A stretch of DNA of 64,000 nucleotides from Candidatus Hermodarchaeota archaeon. GTDB taxonomy: Archaea; Asgardarchaeota; Hermodarchaeia; Hermodarchaeales; Hermodarchaeaceae. A program made the position numbers and the translations under genes. Shown piece after piece: positions 20,268 through 28,687 of this stretch (positions within the stretch are counted from its first letter, which is position 1; every line of letters begins with the position of its first letter). A model generated the notes under the pieces. That model was not told where the DNA came from and searched no databases. It saw only the letters and a list, made by a program, of their open reading frames with translations. The DNA lies in the NCBI GenBank assembly GCA_016839805.1, contig JAEOTO010000033.1, forward strand, positions 14,242-78,241. Reading direction: 5' to 3'.

Positions 20268-20891
20268 TCAGTCTTTGTGGAATTTCATTGCAAGGGATGT
20301 GACGCGTTCTCCGACCAGTTGACTGTTGCGAATAGCAATTTCATCTTTGGGGGTTCCTCGCCACGTAAATCCTTCACTTTGGAGACCCGTCATCCCTGCC
20401 CAAGCCTCCGTTACAGGGTTACCAATACCACCTGTCACAATCATTCCTTGTGCTAAGGCGTAATTTATAATGGCTCCCGCGGTGGGTTCCTGACCACCAT
20501 GGCGAAGACCAGCCGCTACAATTATGCCCACAATTTTATCCCGAAGTCGATGGTCTAACATTTTCCGGGTTCGCGAACGATCAATGAGATTTTTTAGTAT
20601 TCCAGGTACAGTAGCAAAATAGGAAGGACTAGCGAAGATGATGGCATCCGATTCTTCCATTTTATCCAAAATTTTTGGTATGTCATCTTTAGCATCTTCA
20701 GGACAGGGTTTTTGGCGAACACAATTATCGCAACCCGTACATGGAAGGAGTTCATAATCAGCTAAGCGAAGTAGTTCAGTGTCAACACCCGCGAAAGCTT
20801 TGGCAGCATCTAGAGCTTTGGTCAATAAAAACTCAGAACTTGATTTTTCCTTTTTAGGAGAACCAGAAATCCCCAACACTTTAATTCCCAT
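20268..20891 (-). CDS. Iron-sulfur flavoprotein / flavodoxin-like FMN reductase
   Basis: GISGSP, CTGCDNC-x5-C, ASPSYF and KNLIDR. Confidence 0.9.
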   Translation of the reverse strand: MGIKVLGISGSPKKEKSSSEFLLTKALDAAKAFAGVDTELLRLADYELLPCTGCDNCVRQKPCPEDAKDDIPKILDKMEESDAIIFASPSYFATVPGILKNLIDRSRTRKMLDHRLRDKIVGIIVAAGLRHGGQEPTAGAIINYALAQGMIVTGGIGNPVTEAWAGMTGLQSEGFTWRGTPKDEIAIRNSQLVGERVTSLAMKFHKD

Positions 20892-20988
20892 AATATCGAC
20901 CTCAGCGATTAGATACTAACTGTTAAGGAGTTCCCCAAATAGGTTTCCGGTTCCACACCGAATCTAAAAAGATCGGAGACAGACAGCT

Positions 20989-21612
20989 CTAGGTTTTCTT
21001 TCGAAGAATTTGTTCAATTCGTCGCAAATCAGCGAGAGTATTCACGTTGGTAAATGTTTGAAGTTTTTTGTCAAACCGTTGTAAAGCATTAGTGGAAAGG
21101 TATATGACACGTCCAACATCATCAATCAGACACTGCATTCGAGGATGGTCAGTTCTTAAACATTCAGCTGCCACTTCTTTTGCTGCATCGGTCTCAAAGA
21201 CAGAGTGCAAAGGTTCAACCCAACCATTAGGCCACCGAGGCACAGCCGCATTATGATTTTCAACCATACTCCACAGTATCTCGAAATACATTGGATGTAT
21301 AAGAGGAGAATCGCAGGGTAGAAGTTGTGTGTAAGGATGCCGTGCATGTTGAAACGCTGTTAATGCACCAACCAAGGAACAACGATACTCAGATTTTATA
21401 TCTGTAAAGATTTGATTTTCAGGGAAATATTTTGCGAATTCATCGCGATCGGATTTCGAATGGACTACTACAAGAATTTGATTCGCATAGGCTTCGCAGG
21501 CATCGATGACGTGTAAGAAGAGAGGTTTACCAGCTACAAGTGAGAGTGCCTTAGGCTGTCGAAATCGGCTACTTTGTCCACCGGCAAGAATTGCAACTGT
21601 CACTGGTTGCAC
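20989..21612 (-). CDS. mobA: Molybdenum cofactor guanylyltransferase
   Basis: ILAGGQSSRF..KAL, PCDSP, EPLHSVF and NVNT..DL. Confidence 0.9.
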   Translation of the reverse strand: MQPVTVAILAGGQSSRFRQPKALSLVAGKPLFLHVIDACEAYANQILVVVHSKSDRDEFAKYFPENQIFTDIKSEYRCSLVGALTAFQHARHPYTQLLPCDSPLIHPMYFEILWSMVENHNAAVPRWPNGWVEPLHSVFETDAAKEVAAECLRTDHPRMQCLIDDVGRVIYLSTNALQRFDKKLQTFTNVNTLADLRRIEQILRKKT

Positions 21613-21778
21613 TATTATTCCTCTCAGAAAGGTACAATATTCAATTAACGCCGCTTCAATCCGTTCTCAAACTTAAAGGTACTGATGAGATGAATTATCC
21701 GAATGAATAAGAAAGATAATGTATATTGGTGTTGTATATTCACTACGAATTTTATTTTGACTTAGAAAAGATATTTAG

Positions 21779-21817
21779 AAAAAAAATGATTGGAGAAGGA
21801 GATGGTCTCCCCTCCAA
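21779..21817 (-). terminator. Hairpin followed by a U8 tract (terminator-like)
   Basis: On the minus strand, TTGGAG-G-GGAGA-CCA-TCTCC-TT-CTCCAA then TCATTTTTTTT. Confidence 0.5.
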
Positions 21818-22092
21818 GTCTATCTCAATATCCTCACATACACCTTTAAGACACGAAAATAAGGACTTTAACAGTTTTAAAACAGATTTCAAAGATTAAA
21901 TGACAATATTTCGAGAATAAAACTGTGAAGATTACCCAAATGACGGAAAAAAGGCAAAATAGGCTAACTAAGGCTGTTTTTATCTACAGAAATCTAGAAA
22001 ATATTAGATTAAAATAGCTCTTCTTGGCATAAAAGTCGCTATAGGCTCAATTGGATTTCCAGAAGTCGACAGGTGCAATTTACTCATGAGGT

Positions 22093-23490
22093 TTGACCAT
22101 GGAATCTGATGAATCGTTAGTAGCTATCGAACAACGGATTTTATCACGGTTAACGGCTCAAGATCAGAACCAATTGTCTAATTTACTTCGAAACATCATT
22201 CTATTCATCAGAGCAGTAAAGGGTGAACCTCTAATCGCGGAGGAGAAAAGCTATCCAGCTCATCCGTTGTTTGACCATTCAAAGCATTTTGGAGGTCGGG
22301 AAGCCGCAGAAACACTCCAGTATCGGTTAAGTCTTATTGACCGCTATGAGGTTACAAGTGCGCAATACATTGAAAAAATTTTGACCCTTGACTACCCAGC
22401 AGCCTATACAAAGAAATTGACAAAGCGTACTGCATTGATTCTTCGAGAGCTTCATGAAGACCCATCAATTCCGAAATATAAATTAGCAAAAAAGGTGGGG
22501 ACCACTTCTCGTGTAATTACTACGGAATTAAAGAAATTACAGCATGAGTTTGCTTTTCAGATCATTACATCCACAGACCCGCAGAAATTCCGATTAGTGA
22601 GTCAAGGTATTTTTTTCCGTTCTAAATCCACCCAGCATTCTGAGCAATTAGAAGATTATTGTCGTAATCAACAGGGCTTTCACCGATTGTTTCAGTTAGA
22701 TCGAGATATGATTAGAGGTGGCATAGCATTTCGATACCCAGATCAGCCTGAATGCCACAGAATGTTTGAAGAAAAGGTTCGCTGGCTGAGAGACGAATTT
22801 CTTGACGAATATTATCTTATTCGAACCAACGGTTTTTACTATTCTTTATCATTTAGTATGTATGACCCAGAAACTAACTCATTTTCTTTTGACCCAGAAA
22901 TCATTTCTGAAGCACTCACTTCGTACATTAAACAACAGCGAGTCACATTACCCGAGATGAAAGGAATCGACTATTCAAAACCGATTAGATTTGATCGCGC
23001 TGATTTTTTACTCGCTCACTCTTTGTATTCCACTGGTATCTTAGCACAGTCTGATTTCAAACAAAACCTCTTAAGACAACATGGCATTGATTTTTCAAAA
23101 AAAACCATTTGGAAACGTGAACAGCGGTTACGCAAAAAGAACGCTGCATATCCCATTATTGAGATGCAAATTCCAGGATTTGATGAACACGTCTCTTTTA
23201 TTGTTACTTGTTCACCTTTGGTTTGCACAACGATTCGCGATTTTGCCTCCTTCCTCCCATATGTGATTTTTTTCAAAACTGATTCTGGTTGTATCTTTAA
23301 CATTCAACGTCCAGCTCACAATCCAACATTATCCAGTCAACTTCTACATTCTATTCATAATGAACCTGGTGTTTTAGATGTCAAATTACTCCGATATCAA
23401 TGGCGCATCCTTTCAACCCGACATATTGACATCGTGGATTACTGGGATGAAGAAGAGCAGCGATGGAATATTGAAGAAGGCGCGATTTGA
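22093..23490 (+). CDS. Uncharacterised double-wHTH / Lrp-AsnC-like regulator, paralog 1
   Basis: ILRELHEDP..KYKLAKKVGTTSRVITTELKKL HTH; second HTH near FSKKTIWKREQRL; homologous to three other ORFs in the window. Confidence 0.7.
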   Translation: MTMESDESLVAIEQRILSRLTAQDQNQLSNLLRNIILFIRAVKGEPLIAEEKSYPAHPLFDHSKHFGGREAAETLQYRLSLIDRYEVTSAQYIEKILTLDYPAAYTKKLTKRTALILRELHEDPSIPKYKLAKKVGTTSRVITTELKKLQHEFAFQIITSTDPQKFRLVSQGIFFRSKSTQHSEQLEDYCRNQQGFHRLFQLDRDMIRGGIAFRYPDQPECHRMFEEKVRWLRDEFLDEYYLIRTNGFYYSLSFSMYDPETNSFSFDPEIISEALTSYIKQQRVTLPEMKGIDYSKPIRFDRADFLLAHSLYSTGILAQSDFKQNLLRQHGIDFSKKTIWKREQRLRKKNAAYPIIEMQIPGFDEHVSFIVTCSPLVCTTIRDFASFLPYVIFFKTDSGCIFNIQRPAHNPTLSSQLLHSIHNEPGVLDVKLLRYQWRILSTRHIDIVDYWDEEEQRWNIEEGAI

Positions 23491-23515
23491 AGCATCAGGA
23501 AGGTGAAACCGTAGC

Positions 23516-24958
23516 ATGTGCCCCAACCGTCAACCGGATCTAAAGGACCTGAAACCAAGGCAAGACGAATTCACAATTTTGAAGCAACTAGTAGATACTA
23601 TTCTGAGAAGAGCACAACCCAAAGAAGACAAAAATGATCTCAAATTATTTCTCACAAATGTCCTTCTTTTTATTCAACGAGTGGAGGGATTAACGCTTTC
23701 AGAAAAAGAAAAGCAATATCCACCACATTCCCAGTTTTCTCATGCTACTTTTACTAGGGGCCATCAAACTGCGCAAGGATTGAAGAATCGATTAATGATT
23801 ATCGACAGATATCGAATCAAGAATGCTCAACGTATAATCAGCATCGTTGCTTCTACAGCATTAGCGACACCAAAAGCAAGACTAACTCAACGACAAATCA
23901 ACATTATCCTTGAACTTTACCAAGAGCCCTTATTACGGCAATATGAATTAGCCCGGAAACTATCAACAACTCCACAAATAATCAAACGCGAATTGGATGT
24001 TCTACGTCAACATTTTTCTTTAGCAGTGATTCATGATATTGACTATCATAAATTCAAACTTGGATTTTTTGAAATTCAGTTTCGAACTAGATCCATTGAT
24101 GCCTCCAAACGTCTAGAACAGTTCTATCGTAGAACCCCGCCCCTCTTTTTACACCAAATTAGATTTGATCAAGACTATCGAATTGGATTTATTACATATA
24201 TGATACCGGACCAGCCACGTGGAATTCGCCTTCTTGAAGATCGTGTTCAATGGTTGAAGGATGAGTTTCTTGAAGAATATACCCATTTCCGGTTAACTGG
24301 CGAAGCTGTCTCGATCTCCTTTGATAGTTATGACTCGTCTAACGGTGTATGGATGTTAGGAGCAAGAACCCTTGCTGAAACGATGCTGCAACATGTTCAA
24401 AATCGAGCTCAACCATTTAGACAACCACGGGGGTTTTTTTATTCCGAACCAATGCCGTTCGATCAAGTCGACTATATTCTGGCTCAGACTCCCTATATTT
24501 TTGGTAGAAAGAAACGAATTGAAGTGCGGGAAAAAGTCCTTGAACGTCATGGATATTCTCTATCGAAGGCGGCTATATGGAATCGCGAACAGAAATTATG
24601 GAAAGCGGGTGTCTATCATCCCACCATTTGGTTTAATATTCCTGAGTTAGAAGAGCTGGTCCAATTCAGTATCCAGGGTAGTCCTGAAGCTTGTGAACGA
24701 ATCCTTCGAATTACATCCATTCTTCCTTATACTTACAGTGTAAGAACGGAGATTGGTGTGGTCTTTATTTTTCAACGACCAAGTCGCTGTTCTTCAATAA
24801 CTGGATTATTAACGCGTTTGATTAGTCATGAAGAAGGAGTTTCCAAGGTAACCCTGTTCCGATTCGAACCCTCCTTTAGTCCACAAATGCTGACTCATAC
24901 TGCCGATAGATGGGATAGTAGTCGACAACGCTGGATTCTCAGAAAAGACGATATCTAA
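23516..24958 (+). CDS. Uncharacterised double-wHTH / Lrp-AsnC-like regulator, paralog 2
   Basis: LTQRQINIILELYQEP..QYELARKLSTTPQIIKREL; tandem with paralog 1. Confidence 0.7.
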   Translation: MCPNRQPDLKDLKPRQDEFTILKQLVDTILRRAQPKEDKNDLKLFLTNVLLFIQRVEGLTLSEKEKQYPPHSQFSHATFTRGHQTAQGLKNRLMIIDRYRIKNAQRIISIVASTALATPKARLTQRQINIILELYQEPLLRQYELARKLSTTPQIIKRELDVLRQHFSLAVIHDIDYHKFKLGFFEIQFRTRSIDASKRLEQFYRRTPPLFLHQIRFDQDYRIGFITYMIPDQPRGIRLLEDRVQWLKDEFLEEYTHFRLTGEAVSISFDSYDSSNGVWMLGARTLAETMLQHVQNRAQPFRQPRGFFYSEPMPFDQVDYILAQTPYIFGRKKRIEVREKVLERHGYSLSKAAIWNREQKLWKAGVYHPTIWFNIPELEELVQFSIQGSPEACERILRITSILPYTYSVRTEIGVVFIFQRPSRCSSITGLLTRLISHEEGVSKVTLFRFEPSFSPQMLTHTADRWDSSRQRWILRKDDI

Positions 24959-24962
24959 GATT

Positions 24963-25868
24963 TCAGCGATAAGAAGATCCACGAATAATAACTTCAAAGA
25001 ACCGATCAACAAGCCGTTTAACGATATCAACCTTTGTTACCTTCTGAAGTCCCTGCCACCCGCTACTACTATTTACCTCTGTCACAACTAATCCCTGGTT
25101 GGTTTCGAGGATATCAACTCCTGTGTATTCCAAACCGATAGCCTTTGTGCATCGAATTGCTAGTTCAGCTAATTCTGAGGTTAGTTTACAGGATTTAGGT
25201 TGGGCACCCTGACGGATTGTAGTTTTCCAATCCGAGCCAATACGATACATCGCGGCGAAAGCTTCTTCTCCGATTACAAAGACACGAATATCCCGGTTTC
25301 CATGTTCGAGAAATTCTTGGACATACATCACATACCGATTCGCTTCATGTGCTCGGAAAACTCGGCGGGCTATCTCGTGATCTGAGACCCGGGTCATTCC
25401 TACGCCCCCGGATCCAAATAGAGGTTTTACCACAACATCTTTGTAGCGTCGGAAGGCTCGTAATGCGTCTCGGGCGTATTGAGTGACTGTAGTTCGTGGA
25501 ACTGGAATTCCTGCTTGTTCAAGTAAGCGGAGCGTGTAATATTTGTCTACAGCTTTTTCGATGGCATGAGGGCGGTTCATGAATGGGATGCCAAGACGTT
25601 CAAGGCAATGAAGAGTATCCATTCGTAGAATGACCTGCTCTAATGATCCCCCAGGCACGGCACGTGTAAAAACTCCTTCAAGTGTGGTCAGATCCTCTTT
25701 CTTGTATTGAATCCGAGGTTGTGTACCACCCACTCGAACCACTGTTTCGGCTACATCAAAGACCACACATTCAGCATTTCGTTTTCGGATATCTGCAACG
25801 ATACGGCTAGTTTCCCAACCCTCAGGCTCAGCGGAGGCCACTCCCACACGTTGTATTGGTTTTCCCAT
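24963..25868 (-). CDS. RimK-family ATP-grasp alpha-L-glutamate ligase (MptN/CofF-like)
   Basis: PGGSLEQV..RMD.LH, DKYYT, VVKPLFGSGG, DIRVFV and EVNS; downstream of cofE. Confidence 0.88.
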   Translation of the reverse strand: MGKPIQRVGVASAEPEGWETSRIVADIRKRNAECVVFDVAETVVRVGGTQPRIQYKKEDLTTLEGVFTRAVPGGSLEQVILRMDTLHCLERLGIPFMNRPHAIEKAVDKYYTLRLLEQAGIPVPRTTVTQYARDALRAFRRYKDVVVKPLFGSGGVGMTRVSDHEIARRVFRAHEANRYVMYVQEFLEHGNRDIRVFVIGEEAFAAMYRIGSDWKTTIRQGAQPKSCKLTSELAELAIRCTKAIGLEYTGVDILETNQGLVVTEVNSSSGWQGLQKVTKVDIVKRLVDRFFEVIIRGSSYR

Positions 25869-25874
25869 AATCCT

Positions 25875-26654
25875 TCACCTGCGAAAGATATCACGTTCTG
25901 CATCACGTAGAAGCATCTGTGCTGACCCCTTACCCCATTCATACGAATAGCCACGAATTACAATGACAGCGTTTCCTTCATCCGCTTCGCCCATGAGTAG
26001 TCCAGCCGCCGATGCTAGTTCATCCGCTACTGCAACTTTTGTTGTTCGTAATTCGTATCCAAAAAGGTCCTTGAGACCAATATAATTCTTTAGTGGGAGT
26101 AAACCTGCAGTGCCAATAGCTAAATTGATTGCCCCTTCACGGAAAGGGCGACCATGAGTATCCGAAATTATAACCGCAACCTCAACCCCACACATTTCAT
26201 GAATGGTCTTACATAATTGGCTAGCTGAATGGTCTGGATCTTCCGGGAGTAATGTAACTGAATCCGCATCAGGAACGTTTGATGAATCAACTCCTGCATT
26301 AGCACAGATGAAGCCATGTGGCGTTTCGACAATTAAGTGACCTTGTTCTGCACGAACAACACGCTTAGAGGCTTGTAGAATTACTTCGATTAACTCTGCA
26401 CGTTTCTTTAAAACCCGAGCTAAATCCTTGGCAGCATCGGAAGGTGTAACTGTCGATAGCTTCACAGTTCGTCCTTCAGCACGAGAGATAATCGTCTGGG
26501 CAACCACAAGGATGTCACCATCTTCTAAAGGGAATTGATTCTCTTTGCTGGCTTGGCAAATCAGTTTCCCTACATCATCACCTTCTTTGATGATAGGTAA
26601 ACCTGGTAAGGTTTGAACAGTAAACAATGAAGAAGTTGGCTTCGTCACTGGCAT
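25875..26654 (-). CDS. cofE: Coenzyme F420-0:L-glutamate ligase
   Basis: NAGVDSSN, LLPEDPD.SA, SDTHGRPFREG and DELASAA. Confidence 0.95.
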   Translation of the reverse strand: MPVTKPTSSLFTVQTLPGLPIIKEGDDVGKLICQASKENQFPLEDGDILVVAQTIISRAEGRTVKLSTVTPSDAAKDLARVLKKRAELIEVILQASKRVVRAEQGHLIVETPHGFICANAGVDSSNVPDADSVTLLPEDPDHSASQLCKTIHEMCGVEVAVIISDTHGRPFREGAINLAIGTAGLLPLKNYIGLKDLFGYELRTTKVAVADELASAAGLLMGEADEGNAVIVIRGYSYEWGKGSAQMLLRDAERDIFRR

Positions 26655-26827
26655 TGTTGAGGTCCTTCGGCTCTCCGTTATTCCAACTTAAGAGTGTGCC
26701 GCCTTAGAAATCAATAACGAGAGGAAAGTTATAAAGACGAGAACAACTGCAGCAGTCATAGCACCCGTGAAATTAAATCCCAATATCTCTTCACGGCTCT
26801 GCATAAAACCACGAGTGCGTGGATTCA

Positions 26828-27436
26828 ATGAAACACAAATTCATAAAGTACCACATCCAAAAGGATCAGCTCGTCCGTGTACCCAAAGACTACCTCAACG
26901 AATTTGGAACTGGCGACGTCTACCTTTTGGATACAGGACCCAAAATCTACCTATGGGTCGGAAAAAAATCTACACCGGACGAAAAATTCATTGGCGCAAT
27001 TACCTCAGTTTGGAAAGATCAAGATCGAAAAGGTGCCGCCAAACTCATAACAGTGAACGAAGGCGAAGAACCTAAAGAGTTCCTTAACTTGTTAAATGGA
27101 AAAATCAGAGTTACGGATCAGGATACCGAAGGAATTCTAAAACGCGTTGCCCTTAAGCAACACGAATTCAAACTCTTTCGCATCCACATTGAAGGTGACC
27201 TCAACCTCTATTACGAAGTTAAACGCTCCAAAGATTCCCTCGATACCGGTGACGTTTTCCTTTTAGACACCTATAATAAAATGTACATTTGGCGAGGCCA
27301 GAAATCCAGCGCCTTTGAACGCTGGGAAGCCATGACTATTGCTGAGGGCTATGATGACGAACGAGCTGGACATCAGGAAATAATTATCGTTGAAGAAGAC
27401 GAAGAGCCGGAAGACTTCCTCCAAAGCCTAAAGTAA
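26828..27436 (+). CDS. Two-domain gelsolin (Asgard 2DGel-type actin regulator)
   Basis: Two repeats of TGDV(Y/F)LLDT..(I/M)Y(L/I)W.G..S...E...(NEG/EED)EEP..FL. Confidence 0.88.
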   Translation: MKHKFIKYHIQKDQLVRVPKDYLNEFGTGDVYLLDTGPKIYLWVGKKSTPDEKFIGAITSVWKDQDRKGAAKLITVNEGEEPKEFLNLLNGKIRVTDQDTEGILKRVALKQHEFKLFRIHIEGDLNLYYEVKRSKDSLDTGDVFLLDTYNKMYIWRGQKSSAFERWEAMTIAEGYDDERAGHQEIIIVEEDEEPEDFLQSLK

Positions 27437-27466
27437 TTAATCAGTTTTGAAAAGATGTAGGAAGCC

Positions 27467-27642
27467 AAGTAGGGGCTAAGAAACCCAGGCTTGAAAAGAA
27501 ATGCTAGTAAACCCAAAGCCCCTCTTAACTTATTTCCCCGCTGGATACTGTTCCACACCCGTCCAGAATCCACCATTCTAACCCAGTCGAACTCTGCTCC
27601 AGTGCAGGCGAGTAACCACTAGAGCAGAGTGAATGACTGGTT
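27467..27642 (-). ncRNA. Structured RNA / 3' UTR with three stem-loops downstream of the two-gene cassette
   Basis: 14-bp stem ACTCTGCTCTAGTG/CACTGGAGCAGAGT extended by CCAGTC/GACTGG; CTGGA/TCCAG hairpin; AGGGGCT/AGCCCCT stem. Confidence 0.45.
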
Positions 27643-27988
27643 AAGTGGCTTCATTGAGGACAAGACTGAGGAACTGTCCTAATCGACCTGTGTGTTGAAT
27701 AGCCTTGATGAGCCGAGCCTCGTGCGACGCCTTTTTCACGAGAAGATGATTCTCGCGGACGACGGCGAGCTCCGTAAGAAGGTCGTAAAGACGACGAAGT
27801 TCCATTCGATCTACTTGCTGAGAGAGGCGTTCCAGGAGGCGAAACACATCGTCGAGTGCAACCTTCTCAAGTTGATCTACATTGTCCGCGACTTTTTGCG
27901 ACCGTAAATAGGAGCGAGCCAAGCGTAATATTTGGTCGCTTGTATCATTTGTCCCTGTGGTCACGGCAATTCCCCTCAGGGTCGCCAT
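27641..27988 (-). CDS. Hypothetical protein, 115 aa, predicted all-helical
   Basis: ATG 1 nt after the upstream stop, preceded by GGGGTG; amphipathic helices; no family recognised. Confidence 0.65.
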   Translation of the reverse strand: MATLRGIAVTTGTNDTSDQILRLARSYLRSQKVADNVDQLEKVALDDVFRLLERLSQQVDRMELRRLYDLLTELAVVRENHLLVKKASHEARLIKAIQHTGRLGQFLSLVLNEAT

Positions 27989-27989
27989 T

Positions 27990-28253
27990 TTACGCACCCC
28001 CAATGCTGGCGACGTTTGAGACTTTTTGACCATTCGGCTCAATACGGACTCGGACACCACTAGGAGTTGCCTCCACGGTAATCCGACCGTTCAGGCCGTA
28101 GGTATCCTTCACTAACTCTATTAGCAAGGATCCGATTGCTCCGATTTCTCGGAGATCTTCATCACCTGTCTTAGGGGTAATGTCTATGTCGATAGGATAG
28201 GCATCAACAATGCCAATAATTCGCTGGGTTTCTTCCATCAGTTCTGTAGCCAC
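27990..28253 (-). CDS. Hypothetical protein, 87 aa, alpha/beta
   Basis: SD-like AGGTGGAG 6 nt before GTG; protein-like composition; translationally coupled to the next ORF. Confidence 0.65.
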   Translation of the reverse strand: MATELMEETQRIIGIVDAYPIDIDITPKTGDEDLREIGAIGSLLIELVKDTYGLNGRITVEATPSGVRVRIEPNGQKVSNVASIGGA

Positions 28254-28269
28254 GTTTTTCTCCACCTTT

Positions 28270-28450
28270 CTTAACACAACTGGGAAAAAACAGAAGAACG
28301 TGAAACCGGTGCTGAGGAGTTCATTAGAGTAACTGAGCAAGCCATACTCAGTCTAGTCAAAGGTCAGAACGGGAATGGGTTCGTTCCTGGGCACATTTTT
28401 CGGTTTTCACATCCGCATTTGCTTTTCCCTTGGCGAGTGTGTTTGCTGGA
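28270..28450 (-). promoter_or_regulatory. Structured ~200-nt 5' leader with a 10-codon uORF
   Basis: Long-range stem 28401-28429 with 28282-28308; inner hairpins 28331-28353 and 28365-28389; TATA-like ATATAAA at 28477-28483. Confidence 0.5.
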
Positions 28451-28687
28451 ATCCAAGTAGACAATGTGCAACAGCCTTTATATGGGGGTCCTTCACTCCT
28501 ATAACGGAGCTGACAAAAAACCGAATTAAAACAATAGAACCATCCAAAGCTTAGTTTGAACCTTAAACGCGATTACCTCTAAGCTTTCTGATAATCGGGA
28601 TTTGAGTCCTGTTCTACATTTTTGCTGTTTCGTCAAAAGGAAACTTTTTATGGGAGTTTCTTTCTTTCTGACGATGGTGTGGCGCGC

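Noticed and set aside
26767-27075. Basic 102-aa ORF overlapping gelsolin
   Set aside because: Out-of-frame shadow of the gelsolin gene
27583-27640. Hairpin as an Asgard/eukaryote-type SECIS or K-turn
   Set aside because: No AUGA/GA quartet on the sense strand and no in-frame UGA in the neighbouring genes; FwdB has Cys (VCHGP)
27641-27988. Faint resemblance of the helical ORF to Cas11/Csa5 small subunits
   Set aside because: Only generic helical similarity, with no cas genes or array nearby
28254-28340. ORF-track N-terminal extension MLSYSNELL...FFCFFP of the 87-aa gene, and the MVSES extension of the next ORF
   Set aside because: Better SD-linked starts exist at 28253 and 27988; the extensions overlap RNA structure or the upstream gene
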